Of a stretch of 64,000 nt of DNA, positions 63,232-64,000 are shown in pieces. The notes under the pieces were generated by a model that searched no databases, had not been told where the DNA came from, and saw only the letters and a list, made by a program, of their open reading frames with translations. Made by a program: the position numbers and the translations under genes. The stretch spans positions 3,626,902 to 3,690,901 of the forward strand of contig CM082585.2 in the NCBI GenBank assembly GCA_040954595.2, written 5' to 3'. The stretch is from Balanoglossus misakiensis. Its lineage: Eukaryota; Animalia; Hemichordata. How positions within the stretch are numbered: position 1 is the stretch's first letter; each line of letters begins with the position of its first letter.

Positions 63232-63863
63232 GGGAGGAGGAGCTGAGGAGGAGCTGAGGAGGAGCTGAGGAGGAGGAGCTGAGGAGGAGGCGGAGGAGCT
63301 GAGGAGGAGCTGAGGAGGAGCTGAGGAGGAGGAGCTGAGGAGGAGGAGCTGAGGAGGAGGCGGAGGAGCTGAGGAGGAGCTGAGGAGGAGGAGCTGAGGA
63401 GGAGGCGGAGGAGCTGAGGAGGAGCTGAGGAGGAGCTGAGGAGGAGGAGCTGAGGAGGAGGCGGAGGAGGAGGAGCTGAGGAGGAGGCGGAGGAGGAGGA
63501 GGAGGAGCTGAGGAGGAGGAGCTGAGGAGGAGGAGGAGGAGGAGGAGCTGAGGAGGAGGAGGAGGAGCTGAGGAGGAGGAGGAGGAGGAGGAGGAGCTGA
63601 GGAGGAGGAGGAGGAGCTGAGGAGGAGGAGGAGGAGGAGGAGCTGAGGAGGAGGAGGAGGAGCTGAGGAGGAGGAGGAGGAGGAGGAGCTGAGGAGGAGG
63701 AGGAGGAGCTGAGGAGGAGGAGGAGGAGGAGGAGGAGCTGAGGAGGAGGAGGAGGAGCTGAGGAGGAGGAGGAGCTGAGGAGGAGCTGAGGAGGATGAGG
63801 AGGAAGAGGAGGATGAGGAGGAGGAGGAGGAGGAGGAGGCGGAGGAGGAGGAGGCGGAGGAGG
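63232..63863. repeat. Compound purine-rich simple repeat [(GAG)n CT]m
   Basis: GAG runs punctuated by CT, giving units of 11, 14, 17, 20, 26 and 29 bp, with occasional GCG and GAT triplets. Confidence 0.97.
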
Positions 63864-63926
63864 TGATGTTGGGAGGAGGTGATGAGAGGCGAAGGAGGCC
63901 TATCACCCATCACCAAGTTCGATTGT

Positions 63927-63987
63927 GACCCGAGTAGCGACCCGAGTAGCTGCCGCTGACGTCATCCCATTCTAGTTCGCATGCGCA
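63927..63987. promoter_or_regulatory. Possible promoter-like motif cluster (CRE palindrome plus NRF1-like site)
   Basis: GACCCGAGTAGC x2 (63927-63950), TGACGTCA (63957-63964), CGCATGCGCA (63978-63987). Motif presence only; the window ends at 64000. Confidence 0.3.
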
Positions 63988-64000
63988 TAAGCGTAACCCG

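Noticed and set aside
63137-63916. 259-aa and 240-aa Ser/Pro/Leu-rich ORFs
   Set aside because: Translations of the (CTC)n simple repeat. The 2-bp interruptions cycle through frames, which is not expected of coding sequence.

Overview
Eukaryotic heterochromatin-type window with no credible intact protein-coding gene. About 95% of it is a head-to-tail 133-bp satellite (about 57% GC, 13-14 CpG per monomer) in two blocks: 1-49800 (about 375 monomers, highly homogeneous, with 6.1-kb and 12.2-kb internal duplications) and 51373-62566 (about 85 monomers, more diverged, 27-mer/21-mer higher-order repeat). The blocks are separated by a 1.57-kb non-satellite insert made of an old AT-rich ~165-bp tandem repeat plus a ~290-bp GC-richer segment with an inverted repeat. 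The array ends against a decayed L1/Tx1-clade retrotransposon ORF2 fragment (62567-63185), followed by a (GAG)nCT simple repeat and a short stretch with CRE- and NRF1-like motifs. Nearly all ORFs in the track are repeat translations. Main hypothesis: by manual comparison to recalled 5S rRNA sequences, the monomer looks like a colinear, spacerless, terminator-less 5S rRNA derivative that retains box A and box C at near-canonical spacing, and it can fold into several hairpins. This is an unscored, by-eye alignment that needs a covariance-model search.
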